From assembly GCF_006345805.1 (NCBI RefSeq), contig NW_021833301.1:1-64000 (forward strand): a stretch of DNA of 64,000 bases, given 5' to 3'. This DNA is from Octopus sinensis. Lineage: Eukaryota. Positions 51,322 to 64,000 of the stretch are shown here, one piece after another. The notes below the pieces were generated by a model, which was not told where the DNA came from, searched no databases, and saw only the letters and a list, made by a program, of their open reading frames with translations. Within the stretch, counting starts at the first letter, position 1. The number at the start of each line of letters is the position of its first letter. Position numbers and translations under genes: made by a program.

Positions 51322-52301
51322 ACTAGTTTCAGCTCATGAGCTGTGGCCATGCTGGGTTACCGCCATTTGGTGTTGCTACATAATTTTTACTTCACTAATT
51401 CTTTTTAGATCTTTGACATTTGACGCATGAGGAAGTTCGACACCGCTGCCCTCATTTGCACTTCCTGCTGTGAAGATTCTTCACCTAGGACTCTTGACAA
51501 TAAGATATCTAGTTTTGTTTTCACGACATCTATATCCACCCCATGGAGGTCTCTCAGTTCCTTTGGGAGGATATTAAAGAGCTGCCGGCCTTTAAAGCCC
51601 AGGCTATTACAATATATTTTGCTATATTTTGATGGCAAAGTTGGAGTCTTTAGCACTATGCAATGGCGCTCTCTTCTAGAGCCAGTTTAACTCACAATGC
51701 CAAAGTTTGTCACAAGTCCCTCCAGGATCTTCCAAATGTATATTACGGCATATGTTTCCCACCTAACGCTTTAGCGTCACAATCTCTTGAGTTTCTCCCA
51801 GCAGCTTATATGCTGCATAGAACCTATCTTCTTCGTGTAGCTTCGTTGGATTGCCTAAAGTTCTGCTATTGATTTCACAATGGTTGGTGAACATAACTGG
51901 GAGCAATAGTCCAACTAGCTAAGGACAAATGTCCTCCAAAGGTCCATTATGTTTTCCTAATCTCTCGTTTTAAAAGTTCTAAGAATCCATCCGGTCAGCC
52001 GCCTGCATTTCATTGCCAACTTAGCAACAAGTACATGGAAGTATGCATCATTACTCATGCAAATACCCAGGTCTCGCACTGACTATGTCTCTGAGATTGC
52101 AATCCATCCATGTCCTGTGTATTTAATTAGTATTGCAGTTAGTTTTACATGCTGATAGGATAGAACCTGAAACTTTTCAAGCATTAAACTGCATGTTATT
52201 GTTCTTAGCCCACTTGCATATTTCATTTAACTCCGTTGCAGGTGCATAGCATATTTAGGGTTCTGTATCACCCGTGAGACTTTTGTCTCATCTACATAAC
52301 T
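51322..52301 (-). mobile_element. CR1-type LINE, 5'-truncated at the YADD region, with intact 3' end
   Basis: YVDETKVSRV (decayed YADDTK), WAKNNNMQFN, GWILRTFKTRD, LDYCSQL, NSLGFKGRQLFNILPKELRD..KLDILL. The 3' end is followed by a (TTCAA)n-like tail at 51302-51322. Confidence 0.85.
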
Positions 52302-52838
52302 TGTGGTCGTGGCTCACTGTGTGGCCGAGGGCATATCTGAGAGAACGGTTTTTGTGGAAAGTGGGTTCTCGAGCTGGTCATTAAGCTCTGCAGTAATTTT
52401 GGGAGCTGTACTTTTGTGATCCATTCTAATAATTTGCGTAAGAGTCCAACGGCCCCTATCTGAAAGTTCTGGTTTTCTTCAAGAGTTCTGTTTCGACGAG
52501 GAAATTTTTCCCTCTTTCTCAAAGGCTGTTATTACTTTCGAGACAGTCCTTCTTGATACACGAAACATTTCGGCTATTTTCGTTATGCTAGCGCCTGCCA
52601 TACGGGCATCAACAATTTGGCCTCTTTGAAAGTCTGATAGATCTGCCATTTTAATGAATTTTAATTACTTTTTTCTGATGATATCTGAAAAGAAACAGCA
52701 ATTTTAGCAAAACATATTAGGCAACACTAATAATAAATCAAAAAACATAAAAATATACAAGCTTTTGACGGTTTTATAGATATTTCAAAATCATGATGCT
52801 ATGATGCTATGTGTTTCCATTATTTTCTCTAACCCCTG
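52302..52838 (-). mobile_element. Decayed Tc1-like transposon, 5' TIR and HTH region
   Basis: ATG at 52649: MADLSDFQRGQIVDARMAGASITKIAEMFRVSRRTVSKVITAFEKEG. TIR TA|caggggttagagaaaataatggaaaca. Confidence 0.88.
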
Positions 52839-53197
52839 TATATACGAATGTTAAATTAAAACATGTACATGTAACTATCAACAGAGTTAAAACCCTATCT
52901 TTTATTAAGAGGGTAATGTGCGGTACAAGGAACATTTGGCTTCTATTTCTAGCAGGTCCAATAATAGGTGATAAATGAAGCAGAAAGATTTCCCTTATTT
53001 ATCTCCTGTTGATGGTGTGTAATAAAAATAAAAAAGAAAAACATCATTCGCCTAAAGGATTTGAACACAAATACGAAAGAATAAAAAGTAGATAATATGC
53101 AGCTCGTAAATTCCTCATAAATCCACTCCACTCAACACCAAGCATACCACAACTCTTCATTAGCATTTAGAATTACTCAGACACGGAGGTATATATA

Positions 53198-53269
<72 letters not shown>

Positions 53270-54869
53270 TATATTATATATGCAAACAGACAAGTACAGT
53301 AGGCTCTGTAGGAAGAGATTCTGTAAGAGCAATAGCCAGACATGTATGGAAAGAAATCTATAAAACCAACTGGTTGTTGATCTAAGATATTCGTCTGAAT
53401 TCGATACGCTATTGTGAATCCCTGTGGAATTCCTTTGATCTTGGTAATCACAACCTAGCAATCTCGTCTTTGAGAGACTCATGAAATGAAATTCTGTCAG
53501 GAGAAAAATATAGAAGCATAAAAATTAGAATAATATTAATAATGACTGAAAGACTATCTGGTACAATATTGCTAATGTGTAAGTCCATGAGTTTGGTATA
53601 AATCCGTAGGATGTACTTTCGAATATTGAATTATTAAAGTGGGAAAAAATCGATGTACTCTCATGTAAATGTATATAATACATGCGGATAAATTTCTTGC
53701 TCACACACCAGCATGAAAATATTTATTCATTCGCACATTTATATCATGTGTCTGTTTGAGTGTATGTGTGTGCATGTGTGTGTGTGTGTGTAATAAAATT
53801 CACGCAAATAGCTCGAATATAATTTGAGACGAAGAGGAAACAAACAAGCAAAAGATACCATGCAAAGTCAGACAAACGAAAGCAAGTGTCTGAAAAGCAT
53901 GTAAATATAAAGCAAAAAAGCTATAAACAAAGAAGTGCCCAATGAAACTTAATGCCTCAAATGAAGAAATAAAAGGGAATCTGAGGATTCGGCTAGCAGC
54001 CTTTATCACAGAGAAGAAATAAAATTCAAGAAGGAATTGAGAAGCAGGGAAAAGATATATGATACCAAAAAGATATCTGTTCACATCACTGGTTTCAGGT
54101 ATTGAAATATAGCAGTAGATTGGCTTAACGCATCGTGAGAAAATTTGAAGTAATTAAACTAGGTCTGATCCACATATTTACTGGTCGGATCAAGCACACT
54201 GTATTGTCATCAGTACTTACTTAGTACATATTTATTAACACCAATTCAACCAACTTTTGCTCTGATCACCTCCTACAAGCTAGGCCCTTCCAAGTTTCCT
54301 TGTGAGTAAATCTACGCTGGACAGACTCACAACGACGTCCCGCATCCTTTACATATGAGTTTAGCTTGTGATAATGTATTGGGTTGATTATCGTCGGCAG
54401 TTTCCTAGATTCCTCTCAATCAACACTGTGTTTCCACCTCTTCCATGCTGTACTGCAAAGGCATAGAATCTCGCAACTAAATCAGACAAACGTAAAGTTC
54501 AGGCTCACATTAGACATAGGCGCCTTTTTTTTTTTAGGGAACTTCAATCACTCTACTTGCCTTTAACCTCATTCATTTTACTTTTATCCATACTTTTCCG
54601 CGAACATCATATTTTTATCCAGTCTCCAAATCATATCCCTCTCTAGAAGGCGACAACTGATAGCTGCTCCTTCGAAACTTTGGTCTAGGAGGTGATCATC
54701 CAAATTCACTTTGTCAGCCTCTTGTACAGGTAACATTAAGTATGAGGCGATTCCATTTATGCCTGCTTCTCTTCGGGCTATCCATAGACCTGTAACTAGT
54801 ACTGGGAACATGGATGGTAACAGTAAGGGCAAAGGAAGCTATAGCATTTCGTTCTAGAATTCGCACTTC

Positions 54870-55910
54870 ATGGACCTACCCTTGTCAGTAGCTACCCTCC
54901 TCTCTGTGCTTTCTGTGCGAAAAGCCCTCAAATGTTTCTTACTCTCAAAGTTACAACTCCACTATCCATTCCGACACGTTCAGAAGAATACTCTTTTTAA
55001 CACACATCGACCAAAAGTCCCTCCAAGCTCTCCGCCTAGAGCATATGGTAACTTGCGTCACCGAAACTGGTGGTAAATACTTCCTTAAATTTCTTCGGTC
55101 AAATTTCTTTGACAAAGGCAATAATTTTCTCGTTACTTCGCTGACCATAAATGAAGGGATGTTATAATCAGTAATTACTAAATCAGTGCGGATTGTAGAG
55201 AATCAAGAAGAAGAAAACAGAGATGTTAGAAAATAGCATGAAAAGAAATGAAATGAAACAGCCGAAAAAGGGAACAGTCTCATGAAGACAACTACAGAAC
55301 ACACATAACTATCGATTACACTCACCCAGCTGTAATTCCCGACTTAACAGGTTCATGCTGAATCAACACTCATTCAATTGCGTCATTCTTGCACTTTCAG
55401 CAGATTTTCACCAAATTTACTGTAAGGCAGACACACCATTCCTACCTCCAACTTAGATATGTCTATCAGAATCTCACGAAAAAGAAAATATTTTGACAAT
55501 CACAAAATTCTTTTTGCGAAGCCAGGGGAATCAAAACTGAGTTAGGTAAAAACTTGAAGCCAATCAGCTGATTAGGCAGTAATATGATGACAGCTACCTT
55601 TATGTGACCGTTTAAGAATAGTTTCCTCTCTACTAAATTTTGGGTGAAACTGGCCAGCCTCCTCATTACTTTATCACAGTTCCTATCCACATGTATGTCT
55701 AGGCAGATCTAAATTTCCATATCAGATCCAGATTTCAACGGTATCATCGTTTCAGTGACTGGCCTATCCAAGCGACGAATTCCAAGCTTAGTAATTTCTC
55801 CTAATTAATCTTTTACTACTCCGTATTCTTTGAATGTGGGTCCTATCACCTCATATTTGTATAATAGAAAGCCAACCACTTCATTTGCTTGAAGGCACCA
55901 TGCTTGCTGA
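54870..55910 (-). mobile_element. Old, heavily decayed Tx1-like LINE remnant
   Basis: EVIGPTFKEYG and LDIHVDRNCDKVMRRLASFTQNLVERKLFLNG align by eye with ERVGETLKDYE and PDLQMEKNWNEITSRVVTLAQQWAERKLSLKG of the young copies. Confidence 0.55.
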
Positions 55911-56091
55911 TCTTTACTTTCGTGGCCAAAATTTTGAAACTTAGGTCTGAAAATTAGAATTTTTATATCGAATGCCCCAAGTTATATTTAATTTGCAATA
56001 TATTACTTGGCCAAAAGTTTGGAACATAGAACTCCTCCCCCTCCTCCTCTTCCTCATCATCATCATTATTGTTATTACTATTATCATATAA

Positions 56092-56820
56092 GGCGGCGAG
56101 GTGACAGACTCGTTAGCACGCTGGATGATATGCTTAGCGTTTTCCGTCTGCCGTTACGTTCTGACTTCAAATCCTGCAGAGGTCGACTTTGCTTTTCATC
56201 TTTCCGCGGTCTATAAATGAAATAGCGGCGAAACACTGAGGTCGATAAATTAAGTATCAGTGAAACACTGGGGTCGATATAACCGACTAGCCCCACCGTT
56301 CCAAAACTTTCAGGCCTTGTGCCTACAGTAGAAAGTATTATTATTATTATTATTATTAGTATCATTGTTGTTGTTGTTATTGAAGCGGAGAGCAGGCAAA
56401 TCGTTACTGCGCTGGACAGAATGCTTAGCGTCATTGCGTCTTCTTTACATGCTGAGTTCAAATTCTGCCAAGTTCGACTTTGCCTTTCTTCCTTTCGGGG
56501 TCGACAAATTAAGTCCCAGTTGTGTACTGGGGTCGATCTAATCGACTGGCCCCCTCCCACAAAATTTCGGGCCTTGTACCTATAAGAGAAAGGATTATTG
56601 TATTTCTCAAGAAGGCAAGCTGGCAGTATTGTTAGTACGCTGAACGAAATGCTTAGCGGTACTTCATCAGTCGCTCCATTCTGGGTTCAAATTCCGCCGA
56701 GATCGAATTTGCATCCTTTCGGATTCGATAAAATAAGAACCAGTTGAACACTGGGGTCGATATAATCAAATCATCCCCTCCCCCAAAACTGCAGCCCTTG
56801 TGGAAAAATTTGGACCCTTT
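56092..56820 (+). mobile_element. Cluster of three to four SINE family A copies with tail B
   Basis: Heads near 56092, 56385 and 56613; each ends with a cccctcccc.aaa..gccttg tail, one followed by (ATT)n. Confidence 0.8.
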
Positions 56821-56881
56821 ATTATTGTATTTATTATTGTATTTCTTTGTCAATAGATGGTTTGGAGAAATATAATAGAAA

Positions 56882-57280
56882 TAGGCGTAGGAGTGGCTGT
56901 GTGGTAAGTAGCTTGTTTACCAACCACATGGATCCGGGTTCAGTCCCACTGCCTGGCACCTTGAGCAAGTGTCTTCAACTATAGACTCGGGCCGACCAAA
57001 GCCTTGTTAGTGGATTTGGTAAACGGAAACTGAAAGAAGCCCGTCGTATATATGTATATATATATATATGTTTCTGTGTATATGTTTCTGTGTCTGTGTT
57101 TGTTCCCCCAACTTGACAAACCGATGCTGGAGTGTTTACGTCTCCGTAACTAAGCGGTTTGGCAAAAGAGACCGATAGAATAAGTACTAGGCTTACAAAG
57201 AATAAGTCCTGGGGTCGATTTGCTCGATTAAAGGCGGTGCTCCAGCATGGTCATAGTCAAATTACTGAAACAAGTAAGAG
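56882..57280 (+). mobile_element. SINE family B, full length
   Basis: Matches 13987-14400. Confidence 0.88.
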
Positions 57281-57964
57281 AGAGAGAGAGAGAGTCTCTT
57301 TTATCTTATATGGAATCAAATTGATTAACATCTAAGAACTGGGTCAAAGGTGAATTTGTCTGCGGAATATTCACCCACTTACATATTATTAGCTACTCAG
57401 TGTTTCAGTTAATTTTATAATTGAATGCAAGTCAGCGCAATCGACAGAAGATCTAGCATCATTTATTCATTAATTAATACGATTAATTAATGGAGGCCAT
57501 TCTCTTTGTTGGTTTCTATCACACATACATACATACAAACATACACACACATATGTATGCACGTATATCTATTTGTATGTACTTATGCATGTATATATAT
57601 ATGTATATATGTATCTATCTATCTAGGAAACTACCTCTCTCTCTACACACGCACGCATACATACATACATACATACATACATACATACATACATACATAC
57701 ATACATACATACATACAAACATATATATATAAATAATGTATATATATATATATGAGTGTGCATATATGCAGTTATCTATCTATGTTGGTAAAACAATGTA
57801 AAAGTTTTTATTTTTTCATTCCCTTTGAAATTGCTTAAATTTTGTGGTTCTCGGTCGTTTTGACTGTCTCCTAGCGTGTAGAAATTGCCTGTTATAGGTA
57901 ATTTCTCTTTGTGTTTAAATGTACACTATTTTATATATATATATATATATGTATACATACATAC

Positions 57965-58198
57965 ATACATACTTACATACATACTTGGCAGAAACGTTAG
58001 CACGCTGGGCGAAATGCGTAGCCGTATTTCGTCTGCCGTTACGTTCTCAGTTCTAATTCCGCTGAGGTCGACTTTGCCTTTCATCCTCTCGGGGTCGATA
58101 AATAAAGTACCAGTTACGCACTGGTAATCGACTTAATCCGTCTGTCTATCCGTGTTTGTCCCCTCTGTGTTTAGCCCCTTGTGGGCAATAAAGAAATA
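57965..58198 (+). mobile_element. SINE family A monomer with tail A ending in AATAAAGAAATA
   Basis: Body plus tttgtcccctctgtgtttagccccttgtgggcaataaagaaata at 58155-58198. Confidence 0.88.
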
Positions 58199-58211
58199 TA
58201 TATATATATAT

Positions 58212-58309
<98 letters not shown>

Positions 58310-58454
58310 GCAGGCAGGCAGGCAGGTAGGTAGGTAGGTAGGTAGATACACACACGTATATCTATCTGTTTGTACATGTCTGTCTGGCTACCTATCTCAC
58401 GCTGTTCGCATATATATCTATATATTCATACATGTATATATATATATACACACA

Positions 58455-58488
<34 letters not shown>

Positions 58489-59212
58489 TGTATGTATGTA
58501 TGTATGTATGTATATAAATGTGTGTACATGCATATATATGTGAGTGTGTGTGTGTGTGTGTATGTGTGAGTGTGTGTGAGTATGTGTATCAAATACTTAA
58601 ATATATCGAGGGTGCTGAATAGATCGGTTCATTGACAAGAGATACAATGTGATCCAAGAGAACCACTTAATACGATTAGGATAAGAAACACGAATCATTT
58701 CTTATTTAATGTATATAATGAAGTATGATTTGTCGGAAACATCTCCAACTATTATATACAATAAAAATGGCGACTGAAATCGTATTTAATATGTGATATG
58801 TATCCTGTTTCACATGAATGTCTTCACGCTACATAGAACATAAGAATGAAGAAGTTTCTAGGGTCGTGAACACAAGAGAAATTTTCCCAATGTTTTCCTA
58901 TTATGTGTCCACCCGAAATAACTGATGAATGTGTCATCACTGAAACAGATAGATAGATGGTTGGGAAAATTGATTTGATAGCTATATAGACATACAGATC
59001 GATATATAGAATAGGAGGAAAAGGAAGCGGAAAGAGAAGAGAATGATAGACAGATGTATGTGTTATTGGATATATATCGATAATGTAAATACTTCAATTC
59101 ACTGCTAAATTACTACGTTATTACAGAAAGGACAGGCAGGCAGGCAGACACACAGACAGGCTTCATGACACGCACAAAAACACATCCAGGCATCTATATA
59201 TATATCTATATC

Positions 59213-59275
<63 letters not shown>

Positions 59276-59760
59276 ACACACACTCACACACACATATGCG
59301 AGTGCGAACTTAAACTCGCACACATACGGAGGGCGGAACAGACGACAGGCAGGCATACAGACTAAACGAATGACTAGCTGAACTGACACATACATATGCG
59401 TATATACACATACGTGTGTGTGTGTGTGTGTGTGTGTGTTGTGTGTGTGTGTTTGTATCATCATGTATATATCATGTACATGCATATATTATGCATGCAG
59501 ATATGTACATATGAATATAATTATTTATATATATATGTATGTATATATATTATATATATTATATATATTATAATATAATATATATATATCATACACTACA
59601 TACATTCGTACATGTATTAACATATGTATAATATAATATATGTGTGTGTGCATGCGCACATGTGTGTGTATACATACATATATATGTATGTATATAATTA
59701 TATATACATATATTAATACATATATATTATGTTATATATACATACATATATATATATATG

Positions 59761-59823
<63 letters not shown>

Positions 59824-60830
59824 TATATATATGCAATCATTAGTGGTGGTGTGACGTGTAACTCACTTTGAAACGCAGTTATTCAGCCATCAGAATCGAC
59901 CTTTAATTGCCTCCCTGCACACACAACCCAGTGCACACATATGTGCAATATGCAATGTTAATAGCGACCATATGCAACGCAATGCAATGTTGAATCATCC
60001 AATAAAACTCCCCCATAAGAGTAAAGTAGTCCCTTTGTATGTTGTATTCCCAAATGTTGAAGTCTCTACATTCCAGACCAGCACTCCACCCCGTAACATC
60101 CTCTGCCAAGCCGCGGCGCCTTCCCCAATCCCGTCACTGCGATTGGTACCGATGCCCGCCCCTATCTGCCGCCATCGGTTCGCTCCCACCGTTCTCCTAA
60201 TCCCAGCGCCACCCAGAATCCCTACCCGGTATTCACCCGAAATAAACGTTAGCGTAATACGTTTGAGCTACACTACACTTACACATATATACTCACACAC
60301 ATACGCGTTGTCTGTCTGTCTGTCTGGCTGTCAGTTTTTAGTCTGACTGTCTGTCAGTTTATTTGTTTGTCTCTACCTCTCCCCCTCCCTCACACTCAAA
60401 CATACATGCGCGCGCACACACACACACACACACACACATGCACGCGAACTTACACACATGCATTTCTGATAATATCTGTGCACACACATGCATATACTAA
60501 GCTTCAACCTAAAACCATGTTAACGAGTGTGTGTGTGTGCGTGCGTGTGTGCATGTGTGCGAGAAAGAGAGACAGACAGACAGACAGAGAGTGTGTGTGT
60601 GTGTGTGTCTGCACGCAGGCGTGCGTGTGCGTATATATGTGTGCGCGTGCGGAGTACTCACGAAAAGATACATAATACATACATATATAAATATATATAT
60701 TTATTTATATACATACGTGTGTGCATACAGACATGCATGTCTCCAACTTTATATAACTTATATATACACACGCACACACATGTATATACACACACATATA
60801 CATGTATCAGATGCATATATATATATATAT

Positions 60831-62541
60831 GAAAAAACAAGTAAAAAATAGAAAATGCTAAAATAATTTTATAGTGAACATTTCAGTACCGGTTTCGGTC
60901 ATTTTGAGACCTTTTCAACTGTAACGATTAAATAATTAAATTTAGAAAAATTAGAAGAAAAGTTTTTTTAAAAGAATATTTCTATAGTAGTGTTCAGATT
61001 TAAGTGGCATTCTGCCTTTCTCTGACTCCCTTGTTTGCCTTGTGTGTTCGAGGTAGTTGTGAGCTCTTGGTAGGGTAGTAGAGCGAAGGCTGGTGAGGAA
61101 AGGGGGGTGGGAGAATCTGGGAGTGCCCTGATGGTCGTATTTTGAATGGTCAGTGGCGGCTGGCAGTCTCAGTTCAATTCAGGAAATATTTATATTGACA
61201 GGCTTCTTTATAGAATTAGCGTAGGTGTTATACTAAAAACATTAGTGACAAACTTAAGGGGTAGGGGGTGGAGAAGAAGAGAAGAAGAAGAAGAGAGGAG
61301 AAGGAGAAGGAGAAGATGACGATGATGGTGATGGTGGTGATGATTATGACGACGATGATGAGATACGATGATGATGAAGAAGAGAAGAAGAAGAAGAAGG
61401 AGGAGAAGGAGAAGATGGTGGTGATGATGGTGGCGATGATGATGATGCCGATGAGTATATTCACCTGCTCCGGGTGTCAAGAGCAGTACATAGGCCAAAC
61501 AAAAAATGGTTTGCGTAAACGAATGGCCCTGCACAGATCCCAGATAAAAATTCCCCAAAACAGAAAAATAGCTTTTAGCCAACACATAGATACTTGCGCC
61601 AACAAAAAAACACCAAACTTCAGAATTTTCCCCCTCTACCAATTTAGGGACGATACAACCTCGAGACAACGAATAAGTAAGAAAATCTCTTTATTACAAA
61701 ATACAAGCCACTTCTTAACGGGTCTACGACAAACAATTAATACCTCAACTTTAGAATAAAAGAAAAAATATATATACACACACAATACTACACTCAATAG
61801 AATCCATTACTAATCAGCCCCTTCATAGCTATATTTACATTCATATTCTCCCTTCTCTGTTTTTTTCTTCTTCTTCTTCTTCCTCTCTTCTTCATCATCA
61901 TCGTTATCATCATCATCGGCATCATCATCATCGCCACCATCATCACCACCATCTTCTCCTTCTCCTCCTTCTTCTTCTTCTTCTTCTTCATCATCATCGT
62001 TATCATCATCATCGTCGTCATAATCATCACCACCATCACCATCATCGTCATCTTCTCCTTCTCCTTCTCCTTCTTCTTCTTCTTCTTCTTCTTCTTCTCC
62101 ACCCCCTACCCCTTAAGTTTGTCACTAATGTTTTTTAGTATAACACCTACGCTAATTCTATAAAAAAGCCTGTCAATATAAATATTCTCCTGAATGAACT
62201 GAGACTGCCAGCCGCCACTGACCATTCAAAATACGACCATCAGGGCACTCCCAGATTCTCCCACCCCCCTTTCCTCACCAGCCTTCTCTCTACTACCCTA
62301 CCAAGAGCTCACAACTACCTCGAACACACAAGTGCAAACAAGGGAGTCAGAGAAAGGCAGAATGCCACTTAAATCTGAACACTACTATAGAAATATTCTT
62401 TTAAAAAAACTTTTCTTCTAATTTTTCTAAATTTAATTATTTAATCGTTACAGTTGAAAAGGTCTCAAAATGACCGAAACCGGTACTGAAATGTTCACTA
62501 TAAAATTATTTTAGCATTTTCTATTTTTTACTTGTTTTTTC
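60831..62541 (+). mobile_element. Penelope-like element with inverted terminal arms and GIY-YIG remnant
   Basis: Arms 60831-61454 and 61913-62541 are reverse complements. The spacer encodes IFTCSGCQEQYIGQTKNGLRKRMALHRSQI..FSQHI..FPLYQ and, after a frameshift, NLFITKYKPLLN. Confidence 0.88.
62448..62491 (+). ncRNA. Minimal type-I hammerhead motif, U3/A8 core variant
   Basis: ttacag|TTGAAAA|ggtc tcaaaat gacc|GAA ACCGGT A|ctgaaa. A mirror copy lies on the minus strand at 60881-60924. Confidence 0.65.
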
Positions 62542-62594
62542 ATATATATCAACTCGTGTGTTCCTTTTCACCCTTATACATATATATATATATA

Positions 62595-62631
<37 letters not shown>

Positions 62632-62809
62632 TGTGTATTTAAACACATAAGAGGTATCCGTCATAGGATTCCAGGAAGAGCCAAAGTACAAACCACTATT
62701 AGGGATAAAACTTCGAAGGAATCAATATAATAACTTTTAGTAGTAAAAATTTCTAAAAGCATTATTACCCTGATATTATTAATGATATATATATATATAT
62801 ATTATATAT

Positions 62810-62863
<54 letters not shown>

Positions 62864-63029
62864 TATTTATATATATATATATATATACATACATACATGC
62901 ATGCATACATGCATGCATACATACATACATACATACATACATACATACATACATACATACATACATACATACATGCATACATACATACACACACATACAC
63001 ATAAATATATTCTCTCCAGTGCTGCTGCG

Positions 63030-63445
63030 AGTGGTACATCATTTGTACGATGTGGAGAATATACCGCCGCCAGCATTGTCCAAATGACCTGAACATTAGT
63101 TTCAAGGTTCATCCAAGGCTGGGACCACGGGCCATACGTCCCCTGCCCAATTCAAGATCACAACATATAGGTACATTGCAACATAATGTCTTTTCCTCAA
63201 CAGGCCCTGTCCTGTTTAACATTGTCCCGTAAGAGACCAAAGAGGAAAAGGATCCCATCACCTTTAAACGGTGTCTGGACAGATTTCTTCAAGGAATGCC
63301 AGATAAGCCACCCTTACACCTGGATACAACTTACTCAACAAGAACTCACTACTTGAATGGACCATAAACAAAACTTGACTTAAAGAGGATTTAGATAAAG
63401 TTAGACTATCTTTGGTCGAAACATACCTAAGTTTTATCTAAGTTT
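63030..63445 (+). mobile_element. CR1-type LINE 3' fragment (second family)
   Basis: HPRLGPRA..FSSTGPVLFNIVP*E..FKRCLDRFLQGMPDKP, a typical CR1-group ORF2 C-terminus. Confidence 0.75.
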
Positions 63446-63491
63446 TTATATAAACAGCATCGGTTGTAAAGCGATGTTGGGGTACAGACGT

Positions 63492-63523
<32 letters not shown>

Positions 63524-63534
63524 GTATATATGTA

Positions 63535-63587
<53 letters not shown>

Positions 63588-63748
63588 CGGCGGGCTTCTT
63601 TCAGCTTCCGTCAACCAAATCCACTCACAAGGCTTTAGTCGGCCCGAGGCTAATGTAGAAGACACTTACCCAAGTAGTCACGTAGTGGGACTGAACCCGG
63701 AACCATGTGGTTGGTAAGCAAGCTACTTACCACACAGCCACTCCTATC
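63445..63748 (-). mobile_element. SINE family B, 3'-truncated
   Basis: Reverse complement of head, CORE-like segment and internal microsatellite. Confidence 0.85.
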
Positions 63749-64000
63749 GATAGTAACACCCAACACTCATCACCACCACAACCACTACCACCCTCACCTT
63801 TACCGCTCGCGCAACCAACGCCCAGCATCAATACCGCTGCCACCGTTAACATCATCTTTACATCTGTCTGGTAAATCTGTTTTTATTCTTTTCTTTTTTT
63901 TTTGTTTGCAATCTCTTATATGGCTGTCGTTAACCTCTAAACTCTATCAAAAACAGTTGGTTGTGTGTGCGTGTCTGTGTGTGCGATGTGTATCTGTGTG

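Noticed and set aside
53283-53500. Possible further GIY-YIG remnant
   Set aside because: No frame gives the paired GIY/YIG motifs.
58199-58350. (GATA)n after a tail-A SINE as evidence that the SINE shares GATA targeting
   Set aside because: The tract is on the opposite strand relative to the LINE arrangement (TAGA, not TCTA), is preceded by (TA)n, and other tail-A copies have no GATA flank.
58915-58960. CTGATGA..GAAA as a hammerhead
   Set aside because: Stem III and the cleavage triplet are missing; the sequence runs into GATA repeats.

Overview
Eukaryotic, repeat-saturated non-coding DNA, most likely from an octopus or related cephalopod (inferred from the tRNA-derived SINE types and the extreme microsatellite load). 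I found no intact host gene; almost all ORFs in the track are microsatellite artefacts. Recognisable coding sequence is all decayed transposon: Tx1-type, CR1-type and R4-type LINEs, Penelope-like GIY-YIG fragments, and four Tc1/mariner-superfamily lineages. Main observations: (1) a head-to-tail array of four 5'-truncated Tx1-type LINE copies at 2.5-9.2 kb, each ending in a (GATA)n/(TCTA)n tract, suggesting a GATA-microsatellite-targeting retrotransposon; (2) two SINE-LINE partnerships visible inside the window, where one SINE family carries the Tx1 3' end (40/46 nt) and another carries a CR1-type 3' end with a covarying hairpin; (3) multimeric SINEs bounded by a single target-site duplication; (4) about nine minimal type-I hammerhead-ribozyme-like motifs on short Penelope-like pieces, including non-canonical cores, and a 1.7-kb Penelope-like copy with ~620-bp inverted arms. 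All alignments and folds were done by eye. Novelty is unverified, and the Tx1 array may be partly affected by long-read assembly error.
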